From the IMG/VR virus record IMGVR_UViG_3300049211_000031, positions 946-64,945 of that record: DNA of 64,000 nt; one strand, 5' to 3'. The stretch is from a virus. Taxonomy: Duplodnaviria > Heunggongvirae > Uroviricota > Caudoviricetes. Below are positions 1 through 5,877 of this stretch, piece by piece. Each line of letters starts with the position of its first letter. The first letter of the stretch is position 1. The notes beneath the pieces were generated by a model. The model saw nothing but the letters and a program-made list of their open reading frames with translations, did no database searches and had not been told where the DNA came from. The position numbers and the translations under genes are program-made.

Positions 1-107
1 GCACTATCGCCGCGCTAGATTTAAGGAGGGGAGGTGTTGTTACTGGGTACCCATACTAACACACTGAATAATAATTAGTTATAGGGTAGGGGGCATCAAA
101 TAATAAA

Positions 108-139
108 TTTGGCAATGTGGGGGCTATTTCGTATTTTTG
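108..139 (+). promoter_or_regulatory. Bacteroidota primary-sigma promoter (-33 TTTG / -7 TAnnTTTG)
   Basis: TTTG 108-111, TATTTTTG 132-139, 20-nt spacer; ATG at 145 follows. Confidence 0.8.
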
Positions 140-144
140 TGTAT

Positions 145-462
145 ATGTATAGAACACCAACAAAAAAAGAGCTTTATATAGGAATGCCCATTGAGTTTCG
201 GGTGCATGGAGAATATGATATGGAGGTATGTACATTTTCTAAGGAGTCTTATGAGAGTTATTTATTTAATGATGAATATACTGGTTGGAAGTGGGAAGAA
301 AGACTATTAGATGAAGAGTGGTTTTCCTATTTTAAGGAATGGGATGGAGATGATGAGAGCGTTCTTCGGGGTAAGTGGAGAGGTCTTCCTACATTGGGAT
401 TTATAAGAGTGAAACAAACACCTAAAACTATAAATAATGAAACGTCCGAAACAACAGTGTGA
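145..462 (+). CDS. hypothetical phage protein (start moved from 109 to ATG 145, downstream of promoter)
   Basis: ORF track 109..462; upstream part overlaps the promoter. Confidence 0.75.
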   Translation: MYRTPTKKELYIGMPIEFRVHGEYDMEVCTFSKESYESYLFNDEYTGWKWEERLLDEEWFSYFKEWDGDDESVLRGKWRGLPTLGFIRVKQTPKTINNETSETTV

Positions 463-601
463 TTTGAAGATTAAGAAGATCGCTCCTCACACGTATTATA
501 TTAATGGGGCAGGATATAGAACAATGAGAGATATTCTAGCCTTTAACAAAGCAATAAACAAAGCAAATGATAAAAATAGATTTACGCCCAGATGTAATTG
601 A
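437..601 (+). CDS. small hypothetical protein, 54 aa (MKRPKQQCDLKIKK...), absent from ORF track
   Basis: ATG 437 to TGA 601, fills the gap between neighbouring ORFs. Confidence 0.55.
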   Translation: MKRPKQQCDLKIKKIAPHTYYINGAGYRTMRDILAFNKAINKANDKNRFTPRCN

Positions 602-833
602 TTTTATTAGTAGCACAGGGCATGTTTCTCGTCCAAAAGGGGTGACACACATGTGCGCCAATCCCTACTGGTACAAGTATATAGGAGGAAACGAATGGCA
701 AGTGCTCTCAGTAGATGATATTCCTTCAGATATAAGAGCAGAGTATATTAAGTTCCTAGAGGATTTTCTAAAACAGTTAAAAGACGGATTTCATGAACCA
801 GCAGCAACAATCATCATCAACGGAAATAATTAA
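567..833 (+). CDS. hypothetical protein
   Basis: ORF in co-oriented operon. Confidence 0.7.
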   Translation: MIKIDLRPDVIDFISSTGHVSRPKGVTHMCANPYWYKYIGGNEWQVLSVDDIPSDIRAEYIKFLEDFLKQLKDGFHEPAATIIINGNN

Positions 834-1347
834 ACATCCCCTAGTGGAAATGTGGGGAACAAAAGAGAGCCTAGAAGAATATGAGAAGTTCTGTAAAGAA
901 CTAATGGATAAGTGGGAAAATGAGTTTTGGTGGCCCAACAGAGAAGAACTCTGGAATAAGATGGTGGAGGAAGATCGGAAAAAGAGAGAAGTGCTCGATG
1001 TGGAGAAGCGAGAGTATGATCTGATTCCCTGCACATGCGGCTGTCATAACGATCCTAATGTAATGCATATTATAGCTTGTTGTGATAATGGCTATCGAAA
1101 AATCAGGAGAGCGCCAAAGAACGAGCTCAATGATTTCGTGGACGGAGCAGTAGATGAGTGGAATAGAATATGGAAGGATACACCATTTAAAGCTGTGAAA
1201 AAAGAGGACGCGCCCAACCACACCTCTACTGACCCCCACCAGTGGATGACTGAGAAAGAAATATATGAGGAAAAATTTAGGGCAAACAGCCCACATTGTT
1301 CCTACTGTGATTATACACCTTGTAGGTGTTCAAAAGAAAAAGAATGA
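793..1347 (+). CDS. hypothetical protein with Cys/His clusters (CTCGCH...CC; HCSYC...C.C), possible Zn binding
   Basis: ORF track; Cys motifs in translation. Confidence 0.7.
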   Translation: MNQQQQSSSTEIIKHPLVEMWGTKESLEEYEKFCKELMDKWENEFWWPNREELWNKMVEEDRKKREVLDVEKREYDLIPCTCGCHNDPNVMHIIACCDNGYRKIRRAPKNELNDFVDGAVDEWNRIWKDTPFKAVKKEDAPNHTSTDPHQWMTEKEIYEEKFRANSPHCSYCDYTPCRCSKEKE

Positions 1348-1535
1348 AAGAAAAAGATAAATTAAGAGTGTATTTAGAGATGGATAGAGATAATGGACAA
1401 AGAATAGCTATTTACAGAAACCTTGAAATAGAGGAAGTATTAGAAAACCCAGAGATTATTAAGAAAGTAGTGGAAGAGTGTGCTGATAGTCTTAGATGGT
1501 ACAATATAATAAATAAGATGAAAGATGGAAAATAA
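1344..1535 (+). CDS. hypothetical protein (ATG 1344)
   Basis: ATGA overlap with previous stop. Confidence 0.7.
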   Translation: MKEKDKLRVYLEMDRDNGQRIAIYRNLEIEEVLENPEIIKKVVEECADSLRWYNIINKMKDGK

Positions 1536-1932
1536 ATATCACTATCCTACTAAAGAGGAAATAAGAGTAGGATGGGAGGGAGAAATTAATTGGAATTTAG
1601 GATATGAGAACACTTATGAACCCATCACTATTCTCTACCCAGATGAAGAAGCAAAAGATGGATGGAATTGTAATATAGATGATGTTCTTTCCTTAGCTAT
1701 ATGGGATGGATGTGCTGAAATACGTGCTCCTTTCTTATCAGGAGAGCAACTCTTAGCAGAAGGATGGACGTATAGGAAACTATTTGATTCTTATGAGAAA
1801 GGAAATTGGACTATTTCTATAGAAGAAGATCATCGTATAAATCTTCGCTGTGGAGAGTTCTCAGGACTTTATTTCATATGTCCAGATATTAATACATTCA
1901 GAACAATATGTAAATTAGTAGGAATAAAATAA
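1525..1932 (+). CDS. hypothetical protein
   Basis: ORF in operon, overlapping start/stop. Confidence 0.75.
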   Translation: MENKYHYPTKEEIRVGWEGEINWNLGYENTYEPITILYPDEEAKDGWNCNIDDVLSLAIWDGCAEIRAPFLSGEQLLAEGWTYRKLFDSYEKGNWTISIEEDHRINLRCGEFSGLYFICPDINTFRTICKLVGIK

Positions 1933-2723
1933 TGAATTACACGATATACATACAGAGTTTAAATAATTTTCCAATAGCTGATTGGGCTGTCTCTGCTTAT
2001 ATGGGGTTTAAAGAGAAACAGGCTAATATAGTATTCTTTGAGGATATTAATGAAGTACCTGTAAGCACCACAAATATAGTAGTAGCTTTTATAGAGGATA
2101 CAAACAAGTATTTCCAAAAACTAGGACTTCCTAAAAAGAAAGCTTTAAATGTTCCAGAAAAGTTGGAAGGATGGGCTAAGAGAAAAATAGCACGAGCTAC
2201 AATGAAGGACTTAAGAGGAGACAAAGTGAGATTTCCCATCTTTGTAAAGCCTGATAGGTATGCTAAGGAGTTTGTAGCAGGAGTAGTGAAAGATAGGAAG
2301 TCTGTAGATTTCTATTTTAAGGATATTCCTGATGACACGCCAATTATGCTCTCACAAGTAATAGAATTCGAATCAGAGTGGAGAGTATATGTAATTAATG
2401 GAGAAATTAAGGGAATTAAGCACTATTTGGGTGATCTCTGGAGTATGCCTGAAAGAGGAGTGGTTCAAGATACTATTAAACACTATCAACAAATAGGAGC
2501 ACCTGCCGCTTATGGAATAGATTTTGGTGTAGCTCTAAGAGAAACTATGGAAATAGGTATGGGTCATCCTAGAAGAAAAGAAACTCAACTTATTGAGATA
2601 AATGATGGATGGAGCTTAGGAAATTATGGGCTGAATGATGTCACTTATTCCACCTTATTAGCTACAAGGTGGAGGGAAATAATGAAAGATGTAAAACATG
2701 GAGCCTATATTCGGAAAAAATAA
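1932..2723 (+). CDS. ATP-grasp domain protein, R2K clade (DUF4343-like)
   Basis: FPIFVKP, SEWRVYV, AYGIDFG, LIEINDGWSLGNYG motifs typical of this ATP-grasp clade. Confidence 0.8.
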   Translation: MNYTIYIQSLNNFPIADWAVSAYMGFKEKQANIVFFEDINEVPVSTTNIVVAFIEDTNKYFQKLGLPKKKALNVPEKLEGWAKRKIARATMKDLRGDKVRFPIFVKPDRYAKEFVAGVVKDRKSVDFYFKDIPDDTPIMLSQVIEFESEWRVYVINGEIKGIKHYLGDLWSMPERGVVQDTIKHYQQIGAPAAYGIDFGVALRETMEIGMGHPRRKETQLIEINDGWSLGNYGLNDVTYSTLLATRWREIMKDVKHGAYIRKK

Positions 2724-2892
2724 GGACGTATACTATCCAGGAGACATAGTCTCAGATGATAGAGGAGTATATAGAATAGATACTTATGATTTTAAACGTC
2801 GGACTTGTATTCTTACTAATATTGTAACAGGACAAATCATCACTCTTACAGAAGAATGTGTAAAAGATATGTTACACCCAGAAAGGAAGTAA
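2698..2892 (+). CDS. hypothetical protein
   Basis: ORF ending at terminator. Confidence 0.65.
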   Translation: MEPIFGKNKDVYYPGDIVSDDRGVYRIDTYDFKRRTCILTNIVTGQIITLTEECVKDMLHPERK

Positions 2893-2909
2893 AAAATACT
2901 TCCTTTTTT
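2883..2909 (+). terminator. intrinsic terminator
   Basis: AAGGAAGTA-aaaaa-TACTTCCTT followed by T run. Confidence 0.8.
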
Positions 2910-2910
2910 C

Positions 2911-2942
2911 TTTGGTATTCTCCATAAATCAGTGTATATTTG
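2911..2942 (+). promoter_or_regulatory. Bacteroidota primary-sigma promoter
   Basis: TTTG 2911-2914, TATATTTG 2935-2942, 20-nt spacer. Confidence 0.85.
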
Positions 2943-2953
2943 TAAAAAACAAG

Positions 2954-3157
2954 ATGAGCAACAAGAATCTATATCAATGGTTATTTCACTTTAACCCCTA
3001 CAAGGAAATTTGGTTTGCCTTTAAAAGAGAAGACTATGTGAAGTTCTTCAATGGTGACACCGAAATTAAGACAGTAGGCTCAAAGAATATTAATACATTA
3101 ATTGAGTTAGTAGAAAAAACAGATGGTGATGTTTCAAAATTATTAAATTTAGAATAA
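2954..3157 (+). CDS. hypothetical protein (MSNKNLYQWLFHFNPY...)
   Basis: ATG 2954 downstream of promoter, within ORF 2912..3157. Confidence 0.75.
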   Translation: MSNKNLYQWLFHFNPYKEIWFAFKREDYVKFFNGDTEIKTVGSKNINTLIELVEKTDGDVSKLLNLE

Positions 3158-3160
3158 ATA

Positions 3161-3544
3161 ATGGCAAAAGTACAGATGTTAGCTAGATGGTCAGAGTTGT
3201 CAGTGAAACAAAATAATATTGACCAAGGAGAACAAGAACTTAAAAGACTCTTAGGAAACGATAATGAACAAAGCCTATATAGGACAGAAATTGTTCATGA
3301 ATATGGTCCAGTAGTGTTTGAAATGGATGATGTCCATCACTATAACAGAGCTAAGGAAAAAGGACATACAACAATTCATTTTAAGAATGGAGACAGTTTA
3401 GTGCTTAAAATTCCATACATTGAATTCTTAGAAATAGATGTTCAATATTCAGGAAAAACTATTAATGACTTCATTCCTATAGACTATATAGACCCTGAGG
3501 ATGAGGAAATTGATGAGGAAACAGATTCAGATTTAGAACTCTAA
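3161..3544 (+). CDS. hypothetical protein, acidic C-terminus
   Basis: ORF track. Confidence 0.8.
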   Translation: MAKVQMLARWSELSVKQNNIDQGEQELKRLLGNDNEQSLYRTEIVHEYGPVVFEMDDVHHYNRAKEKGHTTIHFKNGDSLVLKIPYIEFLEIDVQYSGKTINDFIPIDYIDPEDEEIDEETDSDLEL

Positions 3545-3552
3545 AAGAAAAA

Positions 3553-3584
3553 TTTGGAAAATTGAAAAAGTTTTCCTACCTTTG
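3553..3584 (+). promoter_or_regulatory. promoter of tRNA array 1
   Basis: TTTG 3553-3556, TACCTTTG 3577-3584, 20-nt spacer. Confidence 0.9.
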
Positions 3585-3611
3585 TGTTCAAATAAAGAAT
3601 AAAAAAGATTT

Positions 3612-3701
3612 ATGCAGTCAACAATCATTATAGTCGGTAGAGGAGCGGAGCGCACAATAAAATGCGGCTCAGGCGTTTCTATGTACTATGATGATATTTA
3701 A
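3612..3701 (+). CDS. attenuator leader peptide 1, MQSTIIIVGRGAERTIKCGSGVSMYYDDI
   Basis: 29-aa ORF between promoter and terminator; codons 5-17 are I,I,I,V,G,R,G,A,E,R,T,I,K, matching array 1 tRNAs. Confidence 0.85.
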   Translation: MQSTIIIVGRGAERTIKCGSGVSMYYDDI

Positions 3702-3762
3702 TTTTCCTTTAGTTTGTCATAACATCGAAGCTCCTGAGCCTTAAAAAAGCTTGGGAGTTTTT
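3624..3762 (+). promoter_or_regulatory. transcription attenuator 1 (protector, antiterminator, terminator)
   Basis: 1:2 ATCATTATAGT(3624-34)/ACTATGATGAT(3685-95) plus inner stems; 2:3 GGCTCAGGCGTTTC(3666-79)/GAAGCTCCTGAGCC(3727-40); 3:4 AAGCTCCTGAGC(3728-39)/GCTTGGGAGTTT(3749-60) plus T run. Confidence 0.85.
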
Positions 3763-3771
3763 GTTTTATAC

Positions 3772-3842
3772 ACTCTCGAAGCTTTAAAGTGAAGCTATAG
3801 GCTTTTAACCTATAGAACACGGGGCAGTACCGTGCGGGAGTA
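3772..3842 (+). tRNA. trnK: tRNA-Lys(UUU)
   Basis: cloverleaf; ATAGG-CT-TTT-AA-CCTAT; T-loop GGCAGTA. Confidence 0.9.
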
Positions 3843-3848
3843 CAATAA

Positions 3849-3921
3849 GGACACATAGTTTAATGGAAAAACATCACGCTACGAACGTGAAGAAGTAAAG
3901 GTTCGACCCCTTTTGTGTCCT
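3849..3921 (+). tRNA. trnR: tRNA-Arg(ACG)
   Basis: TCACG-CT-ACG-AA-CGTGA; acceptor GGACACA/TGTGTCC. Confidence 0.92.
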
Positions 3922-3922
3922 C

Positions 3923-3994
3923 AGAGCTATAGTTAAATGGATATAACAGCATCCTTCTAAGTTGCTATTCTGTGTTCGATTCACAGTAGCTCTA
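3923..3994 (+). tRNA. trnR: tRNA-Arg(UCU)
   Basis: GCATC-CT-TCT-AA-GTTGC; acceptor AGAGCTA/TAGCTCT. Confidence 0.9.
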
Positions 3995-4000
3995 CAACTT

Positions 4001-4071
4001 GCGTTACAAGGATTTCGATAGTCTACCTGACTTCCAATCAGGGGGGCGGGGTTTGACTCCCCGGTAGCGCA
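4001..4071 (+). tRNA. trnG: tRNA-Gly(UCC)
   Basis: CCTGA-CT-TCC-AA-TCAGG. Confidence 0.9.
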
Positions 4072-4076
4072 CAATA

Positions 4077-4148
4077 GCCCTTGTCGTCTAGTAGTTAGGA
4101 CGCTGCCCTTTCAAGGCGGAGAAGACGGAGCGTAACCGTTCGAGGGTA
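4077..4148 (+). tRNA. trnE: tRNA-Glu(UUC)
   Basis: CTGCC-CT-TTC-AA-GGCGG; T-loop AGCGTAA. Confidence 0.9.
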
Positions 4149-4153
4149 CATAT

Positions 4154-4226
4154 CGGCTCGTAGTTTAACTGGTTAAAACTTCCGGCTCATAACCGGATGT
4201 TCTCGGTTCAAGCCCGAGTGAGCCAA
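4154..4226 (+). tRNA. tRNA with CAU anticodon (Met, fMet or Ile2 unresolved)
   Basis: TCCGG-CT-CAT-AA-CCGGA; C1:A72 mismatch; only two G-C pairs at 30-31. Confidence 0.85.
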
Positions 4227-4231
4227 CAAAT

Positions 4232-4303
4232 TGCCTTATAGTAGAATGGTCAGCACGCATCCCTGATAAGGATGAAATCTTGGTTCAATTCCAAGTGAGG
4301 CAA
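4232..4303 (+). tRNA. trnI: tRNA-Ile(GAU)
   Basis: CATCC-CT-GAT-AA-GGATG. Confidence 0.92.
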
Positions 4304-4307
4304 CTAT

Positions 4308-4380
4308 AGGAAGTTCGTATAGTGGTTTAATACATCATCCTTACAAGATGAATTCCTGAGTTCGATTCTCAGACTTCCTA
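4308..4380 (+). tRNA. trnV: tRNA-Val(UAC)
   Basis: TCATC-CT-TAC-AA-GATGA; acceptor AGGAAGT/ACTTCCT. Confidence 0.92.
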
Positions 4381-4385
4381 CTTCT

Positions 4386-4459
4386 GGGGGTACATGTACC
4401 AAGGCTGGCGAGTTTGCCTTGCAAGCAGACTGTGGTCGTTTCGATTACGACTATCTCCA
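4386..4459 (+). tRNA. trnA: tRNA-Ala(UGC)
   Basis: TTTGC-CT-TGC-AA-GCAGA; G3:U70 alanine identity pair present. Confidence 0.9.
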
Positions 4460-4465
4460 CCTGAA

Positions 4466-4497
4466 TTTGGTAGATTCAAATATTTACCATATCTTTG
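4466..4497 (+). promoter_or_regulatory. promoter of tRNA array 2
   Basis: TTTG 4466-4469, TATCTTTG 4490-4497, 20-nt spacer. Confidence 0.9.
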
Positions 4498-4501
4498 TAT
4501 T

Positions 4502-4585
4502 ATGAAATTCGTGAAACAATATCTACTCTCCTATTTATCTAGCCTCAGTTATCCTGTGGCAGGGGAGTATATTGTCGGGTTTTAA
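4502..4585 (+). CDS. attenuator leader peptide 2, MKFVKQYLLSYLSSLSYPVAGEYIVGF (probably leaderless mRNA)
   Basis: 27-aa ORF; codons 7-17 YLLSYLSSLSY are exclusively Leu/Ser/Tyr, matching array 2. Confidence 0.88.
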   Translation: MKFVKQYLLSYLSSLSYPVAGEYIVGF

Positions 4586-4639
4586 CTATCTTAGGAATTT
4601 ACCGGGCTCCCCTGCTACTAAATACAGCAGGGGATTTTT
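4517..4639 (+). promoter_or_regulatory. transcription attenuator 2
   Basis: 1:2 CAATAT..ACTCTCCT(4517-32)/AGGGGAGTATATTG(4561-74); 2:3 GTGGCAGGGGAGT(4556-68)/GCTCCCCTGCTAC(4606-18); 3:4 TCCCCTGCT(4608-16)/AGCAGGGGA(4626-34) plus TTTTT. Confidence 0.88.
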
Positions 4640-4647
4640 ATTTATAT

Positions 4648-4721
4648 ACCTCCGTGGGCAAATAGAAAAGTCGCTAGTCTTAGAAACTAGAGTTTTGCGA
4701 GTGCAAGTCTCGCCGGGGGTA
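4648..4721 (+). tRNA. trnL: tRNA-Leu(UAG), short variable loop
   Basis: CTAGT-CT-TAG-AA-ACTAG; acceptor ACCTCCG/CGGGGGT, A73. Confidence 0.88.
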
Positions 4722-4724
4722 CAC

Positions 4725-4798
4725 AGCGGTGTAGGCTAATTGGTAACGCCGTCAGACTTAAAATCTGAAGTTTGTGAGTTCAAATCTCACCATCGCTA
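4725..4798 (+). tRNA. trnL: tRNA-Leu(UAA), short variable loop
   Basis: TCAGA-CT-TAA-AA-TCTGA. Confidence 0.9.
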
Positions 4799-4803
4799 CA
4801 TAA

Positions 4804-4886
4804 GGAGAGTAAATCAGCATGAAGCTGGGGCGTCCTGCTAAGACGTTCGTACTATTGAGTATGTGGATCAGGGCCACTGCTCTCCG
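4804..4886 (+). tRNA. trnS: tRNA-Ser(GCU)
   Basis: CGTC-CT-GCT-AA-GACG; long variable arm; G73. Confidence 0.85.
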
Positions 4887-4891
4887 CATTT

Positions 4892-4976
4892 GGAGGATTG
4901 CCAGAGCTGGTAATGGCGCTGTCTTGAAAACAGAGGGCGGGTAATACCGACAGGAGTTCGATTCTTCTATCCTCCG
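4892..4976 (+). tRNA. trnS: tRNA-Ser(UGA)
   Basis: CTGT-CT-TGA-AA-ACAG; long variable arm; G73. Confidence 0.92.
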
Positions 4977-4983
4977 CTTTATT

Positions 4984-5066
4984 GGGAGTTTATACCGTAG
5001 GGGTAGCGGGCCTGACTGTAAATCAGGTGGCTTTGGTCTCGGGTGGTTCGACGCCATCAGCTCCCA
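4984..5066 (+). tRNA. trnY: tRNA-Tyr(GUA)
   Basis: CTGA-CT-GTA-AA-TCAG; extended variable arm. Confidence 0.92.
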
Positions 5067-5079
5067 CTTTAAAATAAAA

Positions 5080-5111
5080 TTTGGAAAATTCAAAAATTTG
5101 TTTTACCTTTG
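5080..5111 (+). promoter_or_regulatory. promoter of tRNA array 3
   Basis: TTTG 5080-5083, TACCTTTG 5104-5111, 20-nt spacer; AAATTTGGAAAATT shared with promoter 1. Confidence 0.9.
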
Positions 5112-5115
5112 CACT

Positions 5116-5193
5116 ATGATTAACAACTGGCATAATACATTTACCTTCACTCCCAATCAACCTGATCGGGCTAGGGTGTATTGTGCTAACTAA
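5116..5193 (+). CDS. attenuator leader peptide 3, MINNWHNTFTFTPNQPDRARVYCAN (probably leaderless mRNA)
   Basis: 25-aa ORF; codons 3-17 use only N,W,H,T,F,P,Q,D, the eight specificities of array 3. Confidence 0.9.
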   Translation: MINNWHNTFTFTPNQPDRARVYCAN

Positions 5194-5246
5194 GGATTTT
5201 CTTACGTTTTTCCATACACCCTCAGTCAAAAAGCTGAGGGTTTTTT
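5131..5246 (+). promoter_or_regulatory. transcription attenuator 3
   Basis: 1:2 CATAATACAT(5131-40)/GTGTATTGTG(5176-85) plus inner CCT/AGG and CCC/GGG; 2:3 AGGGTGTAT(5173-81)/ATACACCCT(5214-22); 3:4 CCCTCAGT(5219-26)/GCTGAGGG(5233-40) plus TTTTTT. Confidence 0.88.
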
Positions 5247-5254
5247 ATTTTAAT

Positions 5255-5329
5255 CGAGTAGTGTCGGGAATGGTAATTCCGTCTTCCCTTGGAAGGAAGG
5301 GCATGCTAGTTCGAGCCTAGTCTACTCGA
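5255..5329 (+). tRNA. trnP: tRNA-Pro(UGG)
   Basis: CTTCC-CT-TGG-AA-GGAAG; C1-G72, A73. Confidence 0.9.
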
Positions 5330-5336
5330 CTTTAAC

Positions 5337-5407
5337 GGTGTATTGGTGAAATGGTATCATACTTGTCTGTCTAACAAGTGTCCTCGGATCGTAACCGTGA
5401 TACACCG
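5337..5407 (+). tRNA. trnD: tRNA-Asp(GUC)
   Basis: CTTGT-CT-GTC-TA-ACAAG; G73; unusual U37. Confidence 0.88.
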
Positions 5408-5412
5408 CAATT

Positions 5413-5483
5413 GGGAAATTAGCTCAAAAGTAGAGCGAGAAGCTGTTAACTTCAGGACGGTGGAGCGTTACCATCATTTCCCG
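5413..5483 (+). tRNA. trnN: tRNA-Asn(GUU)
   Basis: GAAG-CT-GTT-AA-CTTC; G73. Confidence 0.9.
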
Positions 5484-5493
5484 CTTAACACAC

Positions 5494-5594
5494 TAATGGG
5501 TGGTGGAATTTGGCAGACGCACCTCCTCGTCTCGGTGGCGCAGATAAAGGAAATAAATAACCTCTGCATGTACGTTCAAATCGTACCCCATTAG
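5494..5594 (+). ncRNA. atypical tRNA-like RNA (GUC at the anticodon position, C33/U37, ~31-nt variable arm)
   Basis: acceptor TAATGGG/CCCATTA+G73; Leu-type D arm; CCTCC-TC-GTC-TC-GGTGG; T arm GTACG-TTCAAAT-CGTAC. Confidence 0.7.
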
Positions 5595-5600
5595 CTTAAC

Positions 5601-5674
5601 GCCTGCTGTAGCTCAACTGGTAGAGCAATCCCCTTGTAAGGGAAAGGTTGTCGATTCGATTTCGACCTCAGGCT
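5601..5674 (+). tRNA. trnT: tRNA-Thr(UGU), irregular acceptor stem
   Basis: TCCC-CT-TGT-AA-GGGA; 8-nt 5' strand GCCTGCTG against 7-nt CTCAGGC. Confidence 0.8.
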
Positions 5675-5726
5675 CACATAAAGAAGTTAAGGATGCGCAC
5701 GTAGAAATATGCCTTAATTTCTGGAA

Positions 5727-5797
5727 GGGGAGATAACTCAATGGTAGAGTAGAGGCCTGAAGAGCCTTAAATGCAAGTTCGACTCTTGCTCTCCCCA
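5727..5797 (+). tRNA. trnF: tRNA-Phe(GAA)
   Basis: AGGC-CT-GAA-GA-GCCT; acceptor GGGGAGA/TCTCCCC. Confidence 0.92.
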
Positions 5798-5804
5798 CTT
5801 ATAA

Positions 5805-5875
5805 TGCCTTGTAGTAGAAAAGTAACACGTCGGGTTTTGACCCCGAAGAAGATTGGGCGGTACAATCCAAGGCAT
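5805..5875 (+). tRNA. trnQ: tRNA-Gln(UUG)
   Basis: TCGGG-TT-TTG-AC-CCCGA; U1-A72. Confidence 0.88.
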
Positions 5876-5877
5876 CT

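Noticed and set aside
3612-5193. Leader ORFs as type I toxins or secreted peptides
   Set aside because: No shared hydrophobic helix and no antisense promoter seen; composition tracks the downstream tRNAs and overlaps attenuator folds.
3590-5250. T-box riboswitch control of the tRNA arrays
   Set aside because: Leaders are too short and lack the T-box UGGN bulge and specifier stem I.
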